A stretch of 64,000 nt of DNA from an uncultured Desulfosarcina sp. (GCA_963674945.2 CAXXWQ010000003.1:2080001-2144000), one strand, 5' to 3'. Positions 47,788-57,391 are shown, numbered from the stretch's first letter. Notes: a model not told the origin generated them from the sequence alone. Program-made: numbers and translations.

Positions 47788-48230
47788 TTTCAAACACTCC
47801 TTACGTGCATTACGGGCTTCGTTCATACCCGGGGTTAGCGTTTTGCTTGTGAAGGTATGCTGCGAATTGCTTCATTCAGGCCACATATTATTGTTTATGC
47901 TTTTTTTCCGCAGTGGGCAAGTCGTCATACATCATTCTGTCCGCTCTGTTTCCCCTGGATCTTGAAAGCAGTCTTATTCGGGTTGGTAGGCAGCTTTTCC
48001 CGTTCATTTTCAGTGGCGGTCTGATTCCTCCTATTCAAAGCGGATGATTTGCACCCAAAACCAACCCGAACGATACCGCACTGACGTGCTTTTGAAAATG
48101 CGGCCCATGGACCGGATATTTGTTCCACCCGCTTTGCGGGTGGTCGTTGACTCACAAGGTCGAATATGCAAAATTTTATGGATGAGGATGATAAGAACGA
48201 AAACAACAAAACTTTCAAAGGAGATGCAGC

Positions 48231-48884
48231 ATGAGTGAAGTCTCATTTTCGGATATTGCAATCGTTTCCTGTGGAACGATGAGCCTTGAGATGAATTATC
48301 TGAAAAAGGAAGGTTTTCTCGATGTCCACAGCCTGTATTACACGACACCCGGGCTGCATCAGGATATACCGGAACTCGAGCGGCAGCTTGTTGACCGAAT
48401 AAAAAAGGCAAAAGAAAAGGTAGAAAAGGTTATTGTGATCTACGGCGGTAAATTCTGTTATGTGAATGTTGACGAACCCACCCGTACCATGAAGAACATC
48501 ATAGACGAACAGGGGCCAAATGTGGTGAGAATCCAGGCCACACACTGCATGGACATGATCGCCAGCGAAGCCGAACGGGAAGAAATCGCACGGGAAATGG
48601 CAGGCGGCGAAAGCGTATGGTGGATGACACCGGGCTGGATTAAATTTCGTAAGGAAGTTTTTAAAGGCTGGGACAAAGGACTCGCCAATGAAAATTTTCC
48701 AAAGCATACAGGGGGCGCCATCGTTCTGGACGGCGTCGGCTATCTCGACAGATACATGGCTGAAAAACCGGAAGAGTTCCTTGAATATTCCGACTGGATG
48801 GGCATTCCAATACAGCCATATCCCATCAGCCTGGAAAGATTTACATCCCTGCTTGTGGAACAGGCAGAGCAATTGAACGCATAA
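48231..48884 (+). CDS. DUF1638-family protein
   Basis: SCG, PGLH, YGGKFC, HCMDM, WMTPGW motifs; RBS AGGAG. Confidence 0.75.
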   Translation: MSEVSFSDIAIVSCGTMSLEMNYLKKEGFLDVHSLYYTTPGLHQDIPELERQLVDRIKKAKEKVEKVIVIYGGKFCYVNVDEPTRTMKNIIDEQGPNVVRIQATHCMDMIASEAEREEIAREMAGGESVWWMTPGWIKFRKEVFKGWDKGLANENFPKHTGGAIVLDGVGYLDRYMAEKPEEFLEYSDWMGIPIQPYPISLERFTSLLVEQAEQLNA

Positions 48885-49213
48885 TTTGCGGGAGATGTCT
48901 ATATGAGTGATACATCAAACTGCGCGATCCAGTGTAGAAATTGCGCTGGGTGCTCATCGAGGTTCTCCGACGATTATCGGGCCGCCGGAGATGGGCGCCG
49001 GGCACCCAGCGCAACACGCATCGGGGGGGCGTTGCGTGAATCTGTATTCTCCCATTCATGTACTTTGAAGATAATTGGCTGACATGTGGCCAATTATTTC
49101 GGCACCAAATGGGATAAGGGGTTGGCGTCGGGTCAAACACCGGGTCATAAGCGAAGGAGAATTCCTGCCCGAATCCTCCTTCGCTTTGTGAAACGGGTGC
49201 GGCATTAACCGGT

Positions 49214-49254
49214 AATAAAAAAAGCCCTTCATGCTTCTGCCTGCATGAAGGGCT
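49214..49254 (-). terminator. Intrinsic terminator after riboswitch 6
   Basis: AGCCCTTCATGC-loop-GCATGAAGGGCT followed by TTTTTTATT on the minus strand. Confidence 0.8.
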
Positions 49255-49320
49255 GCACCCTGCTTACTTGACCCTTTATGGTTGCCATCCACCCAACCCA
49301 TCGTGGGCATGGCCGATATC

Positions 49321-49475
49321 CAAGGCAGGTCTTCTGACTATCGGTTCATCCTACTCTCCGCGCCTTCCCACCTCTTGCTCAGTGGCAGTGGCCGTTGCGG
49401 ATTTCATCCCCGAATACAGCGGCGGGACCGTTCCCGATTCTCACGGGATTCCCTTTTAAGCCCTATGGCACCTTA
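49321..49475 (-). promoter_or_regulatory. Cobalamin riboswitch 6 (no evident downstream gene)
   Basis: Minus strand AGGTGCC..AAAAGGGAATCCCGTGAGAATCGGGAACGG..GCCACTG..GGGAAGGC..AGTCAGAAGACCTGCC. Confidence 0.93.
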
Positions 49476-49573
49476 ATAGTTTACTCATAGCAGATGGAAA
49501 AGAAATGTCAACCTTTTTTTGGGATCGAGCAGAAGAGAAATAATGAATTTCTTATGGAGAATAGATGTTGATG

Positions 49574-50356
49574 TTAACTTTTCAGCAGACTTACCCGCGG
49601 CCAATTTCCGGCAGGGCTCCGGTCCACCATGACCCGGCAGCCGTATGCGTCACCCAGGATCTCCTCTCGGACAACCTGATCCGGTGGCCCGCAGGCAACC
49701 TTTTCGCCGTCGACGATTAAAAGCAATCGATCCGCATACATCGCGGCCAGATTGATGTCGTGGGAGACCATTACCACTGTGGTGTTTCGTTCTCGCTTCA
49801 GGTTCGTCATCAGATCCATGGTTCGGACCTGGTGGGCCAGGTCCAGGGCCGCCGTGGGTTCATCCAGAAGTATCAGTTCCGGTTCTTGGCAGATGGCCCG
49901 GGCGATTTGGGCGCGCTGACGCTCGCCACCGCTGAGGCACCCCATGGGCCGATCGGCCAGATGCTGTACTCCGGTAAAGGACATGGCCTGCCGGGCAATC
50001 TCGATGTCATTGGGGCCTTCGATGCCGAGGATGCCCAGATAGGGCGCGCGTCCCATGAGCACCGTTTCCTGAATGGTGAACGGCGTCTCGTCGGTGATCG
50101 TTTGGGCCACGTACGCCACTTTCCGGGCGAGCGCTCTGGGTTTGAACCGGGAAAGGGGGCGATCCTGAATGTGGATATCGCCGCCGGATGGAGAGAGAAG
50201 TCCGGCCAAGGCCTTGATCAGGGTGCTCTTACCCGAACCATTGGGGCCGATGATGATGAAGAATTCATTGTTGGCCACCTCGAACGAGATCGCGCGCAGC
50301 ACCGTTTTATCCGGATAGGTGCATGTGAGTCCTTGCACACGAACGGCGGCACTCAT
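49574..50356 (-). CDS. btuD: Cobalamin ABC transporter ATP-binding protein
   Basis: GPNGSGKST, LSGGERQR, LLDEPT, SHDINLA; start set at MSAAVR. Confidence 0.8.
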   Translation of the reverse strand: MSAAVRVQGLTCTYPDKTVLRAISFEVANNEFFIIIGPNGSGKSTLIKALAGLLSPSGGDIHIQDRPLSRFKPRALARKVAYVAQTITDETPFTIQETVLMGRAPYLGILGIEGPNDIEIARQAMSFTGVQHLADRPMGCLSGGERQRAQIARAICQEPELILLDEPTAALDLAHQVRTMDLMTNLKRERNTTVVMVSHDINLAAMYADRLLLIVDGEKVACGPPDQVVREEILGDAYGCRVMVDRSPAGNWPRVSLLKS

Positions 50357-51363
50357 CGTCTCGTCCTTCTGAGCAAAATGATAAACAGCGGTGCACCGAT
50401 CATGGCCGTGATCACACCGCCCGGCATTTCGCCCTGTGCCGGAAGTGTTCTCGCCAACAGATCGCAGATCACCATGTACGCCCCGCCGCCGAGGATGCAA
50501 GCCGGTACCAATACCCGGTGATCCGGCCCGATGATCAGGCGCAGCAGGTGGGGGATAACCAGGCCGACAAATCCGATGAGACCACACTGGCTGACGGTGA
50601 CGCTGACCATCAGTGAGGTGGTGACCAGCAGGATCAAAGTGATCTGGCGTACGGAGATGCCCATGGAGGCGGCGATGTCACCTCCCAGTTGCAGCAGATT
50701 CATGCGATTGGAGTAGGCGAAGATCAGGATGAAGCAGGGCAGCAAAATGGCTCCGAGCAGTCCGACGTGGTGGATCTGGGAAGCGGACAGGTCTCCCATG
50801 AGCCAGAAGATGATGTTGTGCAGTTCGGCACTTTGGGTAATGGAGAGCAAAAACATGATTACCGCCGTGCAAAAGGCGTTGACCATGACGCCCGAAAGCA
50901 ACAGGGCGTCCTTGACCATTGCCGTCCGGCCCGAAGAGATCACGATGATGAGCACCAAGGTGGCAAGACTGCCGAGAAAGGCGGTCATGCTGACACCCGG
51001 TATGGGGGAGAGCCCCAGCAGGATGCCGAAGATGGCACCGATGGCGGCACCCCCGGAAATGCCCAGGATGTATGGTTCGGCGAGTGGGTTTTTCAAAAGA
51101 GCCTGAAAGACCAGGCCGCCCAGGGAAAGGGCAGCGCCCACCATGGTCGCCAACAGTACCCGTGGCAGACGGAGGCGCCAGATGATGGCAGACTGCATGG
51201 CGTCTGCATCGCCGTGTTGAAAGATCGCCGCCCAAAGGGCCTTTAATCCGTGTCCTGACGATCCCATGCCCAGGCCGAATACAAGGGCCACCGCCAGTAC
51301 CAGTGCCAATACCAGCGCGGTTGTCGCCATTTTCACAAGGAGTTTGGTGTTCTGATGGATCAT
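50353..51363 (-). CDS. btuC: Cobalamin ABC transporter permease
   Basis: RLPRVLL, KNPLAEPYILGISGGA, GLIGFVGLVIPH; start set at MIHQNT. Confidence 0.85.
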   Translation of the reverse strand: MIHQNTKLLVKMATTALVLALVLAVALVFGLGMGSSGHGLKALWAAIFQHGDADAMQSAIIWRLRLPRVLLATMVGAALSLGGLVFQALLKNPLAEPYILGISGGAAIGAIFGILLGLSPIPGVSMTAFLGSLATLVLIIVISSGRTAMVKDALLLSGVMVNAFCTAVIMFLLSITQSAELHNIIFWLMGDLSASQIHHVGLLGAILLPCFILIFAYSNRMNLLQLGGDIAASMGISVRQITLILLVTTSLMVSVTVSQCGLIGFVGLVIPHLLRLIIGPDHRVLVPACILGGGAYMVICDLLARTLPAQGEMPGGVITAMIGAPLFIILLRRTRR

Positions 51364-52388
51364 GGTTGAGCCCCGACGGCGGTGCCTTCGAAACGTTTCG
51401 GATGGATCAACCGGGCCAGAAGCTCCAGTCCGTCCACCAGCCGCGGCGTTGCCCGGTCCAGCACGTTGGAGTCCACCAGATGGATGCGGTCGTTCTTTGC
51501 CGCCGGCATTTCCGGCCATTTTTGCCACTCGGCCTTTACCTGGTCGAAAATCACTTTCCGGGCCATGGAAGTGATGATGATGACCTCCGGATCCATGCCG
51601 ATCACCTGTTCCTTGGAAAATCGTGGATACGGGATCGGGCCTTGGGCGAGATTGAGGCCGCCGGCCATCACGATCAGCTCATGGATAAAGGTGTTGGTGC
51701 CAATGGATACGATGGGGGTGATACCGATCTGTAAAAAAACGGATGGTCTGTGCGGGATATCGGATAGGCGCTGCCGGACCAACTGCACGCGCCGGGCCAT
51801 GTCGTCGACGAGCAATCTGGACTTGTCCTCGACATCCAATAGCCGTCCCAGTTCCAACACCGTTTCCATGACCGATTCGATGTTTCGCGGATCAACGGCA
51901 TAGACCGGAATGCCCATGGATTCCAATTTGCCAACCACTGAGATGGGATTGCCGTCCTTTACGGCAATGCACAGATCCGGTTTCAACGCAACGATACGTT
52001 CCACGTCCAGGTGAATGTACGATCCCACCTTGGGAATGGCGGCGGCGGCCGGGGGGTAATCGCTGAACTGGGAAGCGCCGACGAGGCGGTCTCCCAACTC
52101 CAGGTAGAACACGATTTCGGTGATACTGGGCGCCAAGGCAACGATGCGTGTCGGCGTAGCGGTGAGCCGAACGGGCCGTCCCAGCTGGTCGGTAACGGTC
52201 CTGTGCGTGGCATGGGCAGGCGCAACGGTAAATAGGAAAAGCGTGATAGAGAGAAAAATACACGCAGGGATATAAGAGAGGTGAAATAAACCAATGATGG
52301 GGTGATTTGTTTTTATTGGAGCCATCGGCATAGGCGCATCCATGTCCTGCATTGCAAAAACCAAAGCATCGCGCCATTGGTAAATCAA
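51360..52388 (-). CDS. btuF: Cobalamin-binding periplasmic protein
   Basis: TDQLGR..RIVALAPSITEI, SDYPP, ERIVALKPDL, RATPRL; behind a B12 riboswitch; true start probably downstream of 52388. Confidence 0.85.
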   Translation of the reverse strand: MIYQWRDALVFAMQDMDAPMPMAPIKTNHPIIGLFHLSYIPACIFLSITLFLFTVAPAHATHRTVTDQLGRPVRLTATPTRIVALAPSITEIVFYLELGDRLVGASQFSDYPPAAAAIPKVGSYIHLDVERIVALKPDLCIAVKDGNPISVVGKLESMGIPVYAVDPRNIESVMETVLELGRLLDVEDKSRLLVDDMARRVQLVRQRLSDIPHRPSVFLQIGITPIVSIGTNTFIHELIVMAGGLNLAQGPIPYPRFSKEQVIGMDPEVIIITSMARKVIFDQVKAEWQKWPEMPAAKNDRIHLVDSNVLDRATPRLVDGLELLARLIHPKRFEGTAVGAQP

Positions 52389-52534
52389 GGCGAGGCAATG
52401 GTTCGTTCAATGCCGATATGTTCATGGGTGCCATCCGTCGATGGCCGATTCGCCAACATATCGGGGCGGCACCAAACAGCCTTGACCGCGAAGGCGCGTT
52501 CGGTTTTCGAATTGTGGTCGTTTTTCGATACTGA

Positions 52535-52692
52535 ATCCGGTGAGGTTTCCTGGCTTGTGGATCGTCCTACCGGCCGCCTCTTCCCACCCGCTTGTGGCGG
52601 GCAGTGAGATGGTGCGGCTTTCGTCCCCACATACAGTGGCGGGTCCGCAGCGGATTTGCACCGCTTTCCCATCGACTTCCGGACTCGACGAT
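52535..52692 (-). promoter_or_regulatory. Cobalamin riboswitch 7
   Basis: Minus strand ATGGGAAAGCGGTGCAAATCCGCTGCGGACCCGCCACTGT..CACTG..GGGAAG..AGCCAGGAAACCT. Confidence 0.88.
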
Positions 52693-52718
52693 CAATAAAC
52701 CCGAAAGAGTGTGAAAAG

Positions 52719-53081
52719 TCAACGGGTTTCCTCATCATTGTCTTCGGCAAGAGAATCCTTGAACAATTTCCACACCTCCGGGTCATGCTGGGTGGTGAAT
52801 TCCGTGCCGCAAACCCACCCCGTCTGAAAGTAAAGGCGACTTTCAGAGGCGTGAAATTGGGAAACGTGACGGGCGACACCCGTCATACGGATGGGATGGT
52901 TGTTGAAAGAGATGATCGGTTCAATGGTTTTACCAATTTTAATTTCCTGTGGCCGATGGATTAAAAAGCCTACTCCGTATTCATTGATATTGAAAATCTG
53001 ATATTTTTTCCCGTTGATTGACAATGTACGTTTTTTTGCAAAAAGACGTCGCTTTTTTCTGTTTTCATGAAAACGTTTCAT
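52719..53081 (-). CDS. Small PilZ-like domain protein
   Basis: ENRKKRR, NINEYGVG (D/NxSxxG-like), CGTEF. Confidence 0.5.
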   Translation of the reverse strand: MKRFHENRKKRRLFAKKRTLSINGKKYQIFNINEYGVGFLIHRPQEIKIGKTIEPIISFNNHPIRMTGVARHVSQFHASESRLYFQTGWVCGTEFTTQHDPEVWKLFKDSLAEDNDEETR

Positions 53082-53453
53082 CGCTTCCCTCCTTTTGCAA
53101 CATGGAATGGGTGTTCCCACCTTCCGATCCATCCCGTTGCAAATCCAGGAATCAGGGTAAAAGGGTTGTGAACGAAGTATTCTTGGGCGTTGAACGATGA
53201 TGATTTCAGAATGTCACAATCGCGCGTGTGGTGGTGCCGTGGCTTATGTCCTGGGAAGAACGGGCGATAATACCGTCATGAGGTCAGCGCAGGGTAAGTT
53301 CGACGATTTCACCGAAAAAGGTTCAGTGAAATATACAATAACACAATGGGCGGTGTTTGATAAGGGAGAATCGATCGTTTTTTTTATGGATGCAGATCTC
53401 TGATTGTGGATCCGATCTCCTTTCCGGCCGATATGCCGGAGTGAAGGCACAAA

Positions 53454-54836
53454 ATGGTGGAGACAGTAGTGGAGATAATGCCGATTATGGATCGGCTGGG
53501 CATTTTCGATTCGTTTACCGCCGACGAAAAACGACAAATGGTGTCCGAAGATGCCCATTTCAAGGTTTACCAACCCGAAGATCGGCTTATCCAGCAGGGA
53601 AGTCACGATCAAAGTCTATTCATTATCCTCACCGGCACGGTAAGCATCCGGCAGCGGATGGGCAGCACCACGTTGGCGGTCTTGGGCGAGGGAGATATCT
53701 TCGGCGAGATGGCTTTCTTTGCCGATGTACCGCGTACTGCAGACGTTATCGCCAACGATTCGGTCATCGCCTTGAAACTGGACCGTGTTCTTTTTGACCA
53801 ACTTCCCACCCGGATCCGCGAAAAGTTCAAGGATAAAATCATCGAAAAGCTGGTGGGGCGACTGGATTGGGCCAACCGGGAACTGGCACGGCGCAAGGCT
53901 TTGTCCGGCAACGAGAACTTTGCCGGTGGGGGATCCGGGGACGGTCTATCGCGGAAAGCTGAATCGGAATCCGTCACACCGGTATTTCGAAGCGGCCGAA
54001 AGCTCATACGAAAGATTCTGTCCGACACGAAATCATTGCCTGCAATGCCCGGGGTGATGGTCAAGGTTCAGCGGATGGTCAAACATCCGAGGACCAGTCC
54101 CGCACAACTGGCCAAGGTCATTCAGACCGATCCTGCCATCGTCGCCGGTATTCTGAAGGTTGCCAACAGTGCTTATTACGGATTTCGGGGAAAGGTATCC
54201 ACCATCCAGCATGCATCGGCATTGTTTGGAACACGTCGGCTCACCGAATTGATCACTGCCATGAGTGCCGGAAACATGATGAAACAGGCCATGGCGGGAT
54301 ACGGCCTGAAGACAGGCGACATGTGGCGTCATTCGGTGGCTGTCGCCTGTACGGCCGGTGAGATTTCGGCCGTCGCTGCACCCGATGTGGCCGAAAGTGC
54401 CTATATGGCAGGGCTCCTCCACGATGTCGGCAAGCTCATCCTGGACCCATATGTGCAGGAACGAAAGATCCTTTTCGACCAATATTGGAAGAAACACAAA
54501 AATACCACCATTCAATCGGCGGAACGGGATATTTTAGGGTTCGATCACGCCGTTATCGCAGCCATTGTTTGTGAAAACTGGAATCTGCCCCGGGCCATCT
54601 CCTTCGGTATCCGTCACCACCACGATCCTTCCAAAGCGGGGGACCACCCATTGACCCACATCGTCCATCTTGCCGACTATATCGTCAATCAGGCGGGGAT
54701 GGTAGGGGACAGTCGATCATCCAAGCGGGAACTCGAAGCAGGCAGCCTGTCCATCGTCCGTCTGGATGAAGAGGCCCTGCAGAATACGGCGGAAAAGGCG
54801 CGACAGTACATGGAGAGTCTGACTGGCGGCGCCTAG
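53454..54836 (+). CDS. cNMP-binding domain + HDOD domain signalling protein
   Basis: GDIFGEMAFF..PRTADV; LPAMP, DPAIVAGILKVANSAYY, WRHS, GLLHDVGK, DHA, HH. Confidence 0.88.
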   Translation: MVETVVEIMPIMDRLGIFDSFTADEKRQMVSEDAHFKVYQPEDRLIQQGSHDQSLFIILTGTVSIRQRMGSTTLAVLGEGDIFGEMAFFADVPRTADVIANDSVIALKLDRVLFDQLPTRIREKFKDKIIEKLVGRLDWANRELARRKALSGNENFAGGGSGDGLSRKAESESVTPVFRSGRKLIRKILSDTKSLPAMPGVMVKVQRMVKHPRTSPAQLAKVIQTDPAIVAGILKVANSAYYGFRGKVSTIQHASALFGTRRLTELITAMSAGNMMKQAMAGYGLKTGDMWRHSVAVACTAGEISAVAAPDVAESAYMAGLLHDVGKLILDPYVQERKILFDQYWKKHKNTTIQSAERDILGFDHAVIAAIVCENWNLPRAISFGIRHHHDPSKAGDHPLTHIVHLADYIVNQAGMVGDSRSSKRELEAGSLSIVRLDEEALQNTAEKARQYMESLTGGA

Positions 54837-55069
54837 TGCCAATATCGCAACAGATCGAAACAAAGGATCCGAATCGGTCGCCTTCTTCAGTCCTGTGGCA
54901 CTTCCTTTCTTTACCCTTGAAATCAAAGTCGTTGGTATAATATATAGAACATCATTTATGATTGATCTATGGTGGCAATCGATTTTGGACCCTTTGCAGT
55001 ACGGGTTTCAAAAGTCTTACGAAGCTTTCACGGGATCCACCGCATTTTCGCCGTTGGAGGGAAGTCTCT

Positions 55070-55450
55070 ATGTTTCCCGGCTTTGAAAAAATCATCGAAT
55101 CTCGAATCAAGAAGGCCCAGGAGCAGGGTGCTTTCGACAATCTTCCGGGAAGTGGAGAGCCCCTTCGACTCGAAGACGACCGGCATATTCCCGAAGACCT
55201 CCGACTGGCGCACAAGGTATTGAAAAATGCCGATTGTTTGCCGCCGGAGGTGCAGCTTCGAAAGGAGATTCAGACCACCGAGGATCTATTGTCCGGTATG
55301 ACCGATACGACCCAAAAGTACCGGGTACTGAAAAAATTGAATTATTTGATTTTACGGCTCAATACCATGAGGGACGCCAACGCGGCCTTTGATATACCCC
55401 AGCGATATTACGGAGAACTCGTGGATCGCCTCGAACCGAGAAAACCGTGA
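55070..55450 (+). CDS. DUF1992-family protein
   Basis: IESRIKKAQEQGAFDNLPGSGEPL, LKNADCLPPEV. Confidence 0.85.
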   Translation: MFPGFEKIIESRIKKAQEQGAFDNLPGSGEPLRLEDDRHIPEDLRLAHKVLKNADCLPPEVQLRKEIQTTEDLLSGMTDTTQKYRVLKKLNYLILRLNTMRDANAAFDIPQRYYGELVDRLEPRKP

Positions 55451-55505
55451 AGGCCGATTGCCTGGTGCGAATCATTCCAACTTTAATTTTTACTCTGGTG
55501 CAACG

Positions 55506-55997
55506 ATGTTTGAGAAAAAGGGGGGCGGAGACGGCGTTTTTAAGAGTGTGCTGCTCGCCTACTTCATATTGACGTTTCATGTCCTGCTGATCGCAGGAAT
55601 GGCGGTTCTGGTACTATTTTTCCGGGGTGTGGTCAATTACTTGGTTTGGATCCTTTTGGGAGGCATCGCGCTGATCGGTTTCTCCGCATTCTATATGATC
55701 CGACGCATGCGGGCCGAGGGAAAATCCCTTCGCGAGATATTGCGAAACCCCGTGTTTGAAGGTCGATCGGTGGAAGTAAGTCTCCTCGGAGGAATGGCCA
55801 CGCTGAAACTGGGTAAGTCGCAAACGACTCCGCTTATCGGACACGACACTTCCATTGACATTCCGCGACTCGAAGATTCGGATTCTTCTGAAAATCGGGA
55901 AATTTCCGAACTCACGGAGCTTGCCCGACTCTTGGAAAAAGACCTGATCACGATAGAAGAGTTCAACAAGGCCAAGCAACAATTGCTAAACGGCTAA
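55506..55997 (+). CDS. Two-TM membrane protein with C-terminal SHOCT domain
   Basis: Two hydrophobic helices; ELTELARLLEKDLITIEEFNKAKQQLL. Confidence 0.75.
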   Translation: MFEKKGGGDGVFKSVLLAYFILTFHVLLIAGMAVLVLFFRGVVNYLVWILLGGIALIGFSAFYMIRRMRAEGKSLREILRNPVFEGRSVEVSLLGGMATLKLGKSQTTPLIGHDTSIDIPRLEDSDSSENREISELTELARLLEKDLITIEEFNKAKQQLLNG

Positions 55998-56194
55998 ACC
56001 ATGGCGTCTGTCCGGCGCCAGGACAGTTTGCTCAAGTCATCTTTCCCGTGTGGGGCAACTCACGCATCATGGGAAGTCGGACTACCACATTCATTCGTCC
56101 TTAGGGCCATTACCGTATCACGGATTCAACGCCTTTGGTCGCGAACGCCGGGACGATTCAACTTCGAACGTTTTTTGGGTTTTACTGGAGAGGC

Positions 56195-57154
56195 ATGATC
56201 ATGGAAAAGAAAACCATTGCCTTGATATTCGGGGGAATCTCTTCGGAAAGAGACGTGTCGCTCAATAGCGGCCAGCAGGTGTACGATGCTTTGGACAAAG
56301 ACCGTTACGACATTTTGATCTACGACCCAAAGAAGGACATCCCACGGCTGGTCAACGATGCCCAGAGAATCGATTGTGCCTTGATCATCCTGCATGGGCC
56401 ATATGGGGAAGATGGTACGGTGCAAGGCCTTTTGGATCTGCTTGATATCCCGTACCAGGGTGCCGGTGTGCTGGGGAGTGCGGTGGCGATGAACAAACTG
56501 TTGTCCAAGCATCTGTACCAGGGGGCCGGGCTCACCGTTCCGCCTTACGCGCTGGTTCGACGGGGCGAACCGGTGGAAAAGGATGCCATCGTCTCCAGAT
56601 TGGGATTGCCGGTTGTGGTGAAACCGGTGGAAACCGGATCCAGCGTCGGGATGTCCATCGTCAGAAACGATGCTGACCTGGAAGTGGCCGTGGAAAAAGC
56701 GCTTTCCTTCGGTCCCACCGCCATGATCGAGGCGTACATTCAGGGAACGGAGATTACCTGTGGTGTGCTGGGCAATGAAACCGTGGAGGCACTGCCCCTG
56801 ATCGAGATCATTCCGGGGGAACAATACGAGTTTTTCGACTACGAAGCGAAATACCAGCCCGGTGCCACCCGGGAGGTCTGTCCGGCACGCATCGACGACG
56901 ACCTGACCCGAAAGGCCCAGGTTTGTGCCGTAACCGCCCACAAGGCCCTCTATCTCCAAGGGTACAGCCGGACCGATATGATCTTGCGTGACGGGGTTTT
57001 CTATGTGCTGGAAACCAATACCATCCCCGGCATGACCGCCACCAGCCTCTACCCGCAGTCGGCAAGGGCGGCGGGCCTTTCTTTCGGAGAACTTTTGGAC
57101 CGGCTAATCGAGTTGGGAATCGCTGCCCGGCGTCGTCAATCAACAATAGGATGA
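56195..57154 (+). CDS. ddl: D-alanine--D-alanine ligase
   Basis: GGISSERDVS, LHGPYGEDG, GSSVG, FDYEAKY, ETNTIPGMT. Confidence 0.95.
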   Translation: MIMEKKTIALIFGGISSERDVSLNSGQQVYDALDKDRYDILIYDPKKDIPRLVNDAQRIDCALIILHGPYGEDGTVQGLLDLLDIPYQGAGVLGSAVAMNKLLSKHLYQGAGLTVPPYALVRRGEPVEKDAIVSRLGLPVVVKPVETGSSVGMSIVRNDADLEVAVEKALSFGPTAMIEAYIQGTEITCGVLGNETVEALPLIEIIPGEQYEFFDYEAKYQPGATREVCPARIDDDLTRKAQVCAVTAHKALYLQGYSRTDMILRDGVFYVLETNTIPGMTATSLYPQSARAAGLSFGELLDRLIELGIAARRRQSTIG

Positions 57155-57229
57155 GGGTAAACGGCCTTATGCGATGTTCCATGTGACAACGCCCCGAATT
57201 TTGATGCACTCATAAAAAGTCAGATTTCG

Positions 57230-57360
57230 GACGGCTTCGTAAAAAGTCCGAGATCAAGGCTTGCGAATCCCGAGGAATGAGTCGTATTTATGATTATGAT
57301 ACGTCGCAGTGACGAGGGATGAAGCGTAACGCCGATATCGGACTTTTTACGAAGCCGTCA
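57230..57360. mobile_element. ~130 bp MITE/REP-like element, copy 2
   Basis: Terminal inverted repeats GACGGCTTCGTAAAAAGTCCG / CGGACTTTTTACGAAGCCGTC; extra degenerate end at ~57201-57225. Confidence 0.8.
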
Positions 57361-57391
57361 ATTTGGGGCATCAACGAAAAGGAGGAGCAAT

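Larger units (their letters stand above)
49206..49512 (-). repeat. ~305 bp direct repeat, copy B
   Basis: Aligns by eye with 39206-39510. Confidence 0.88.
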
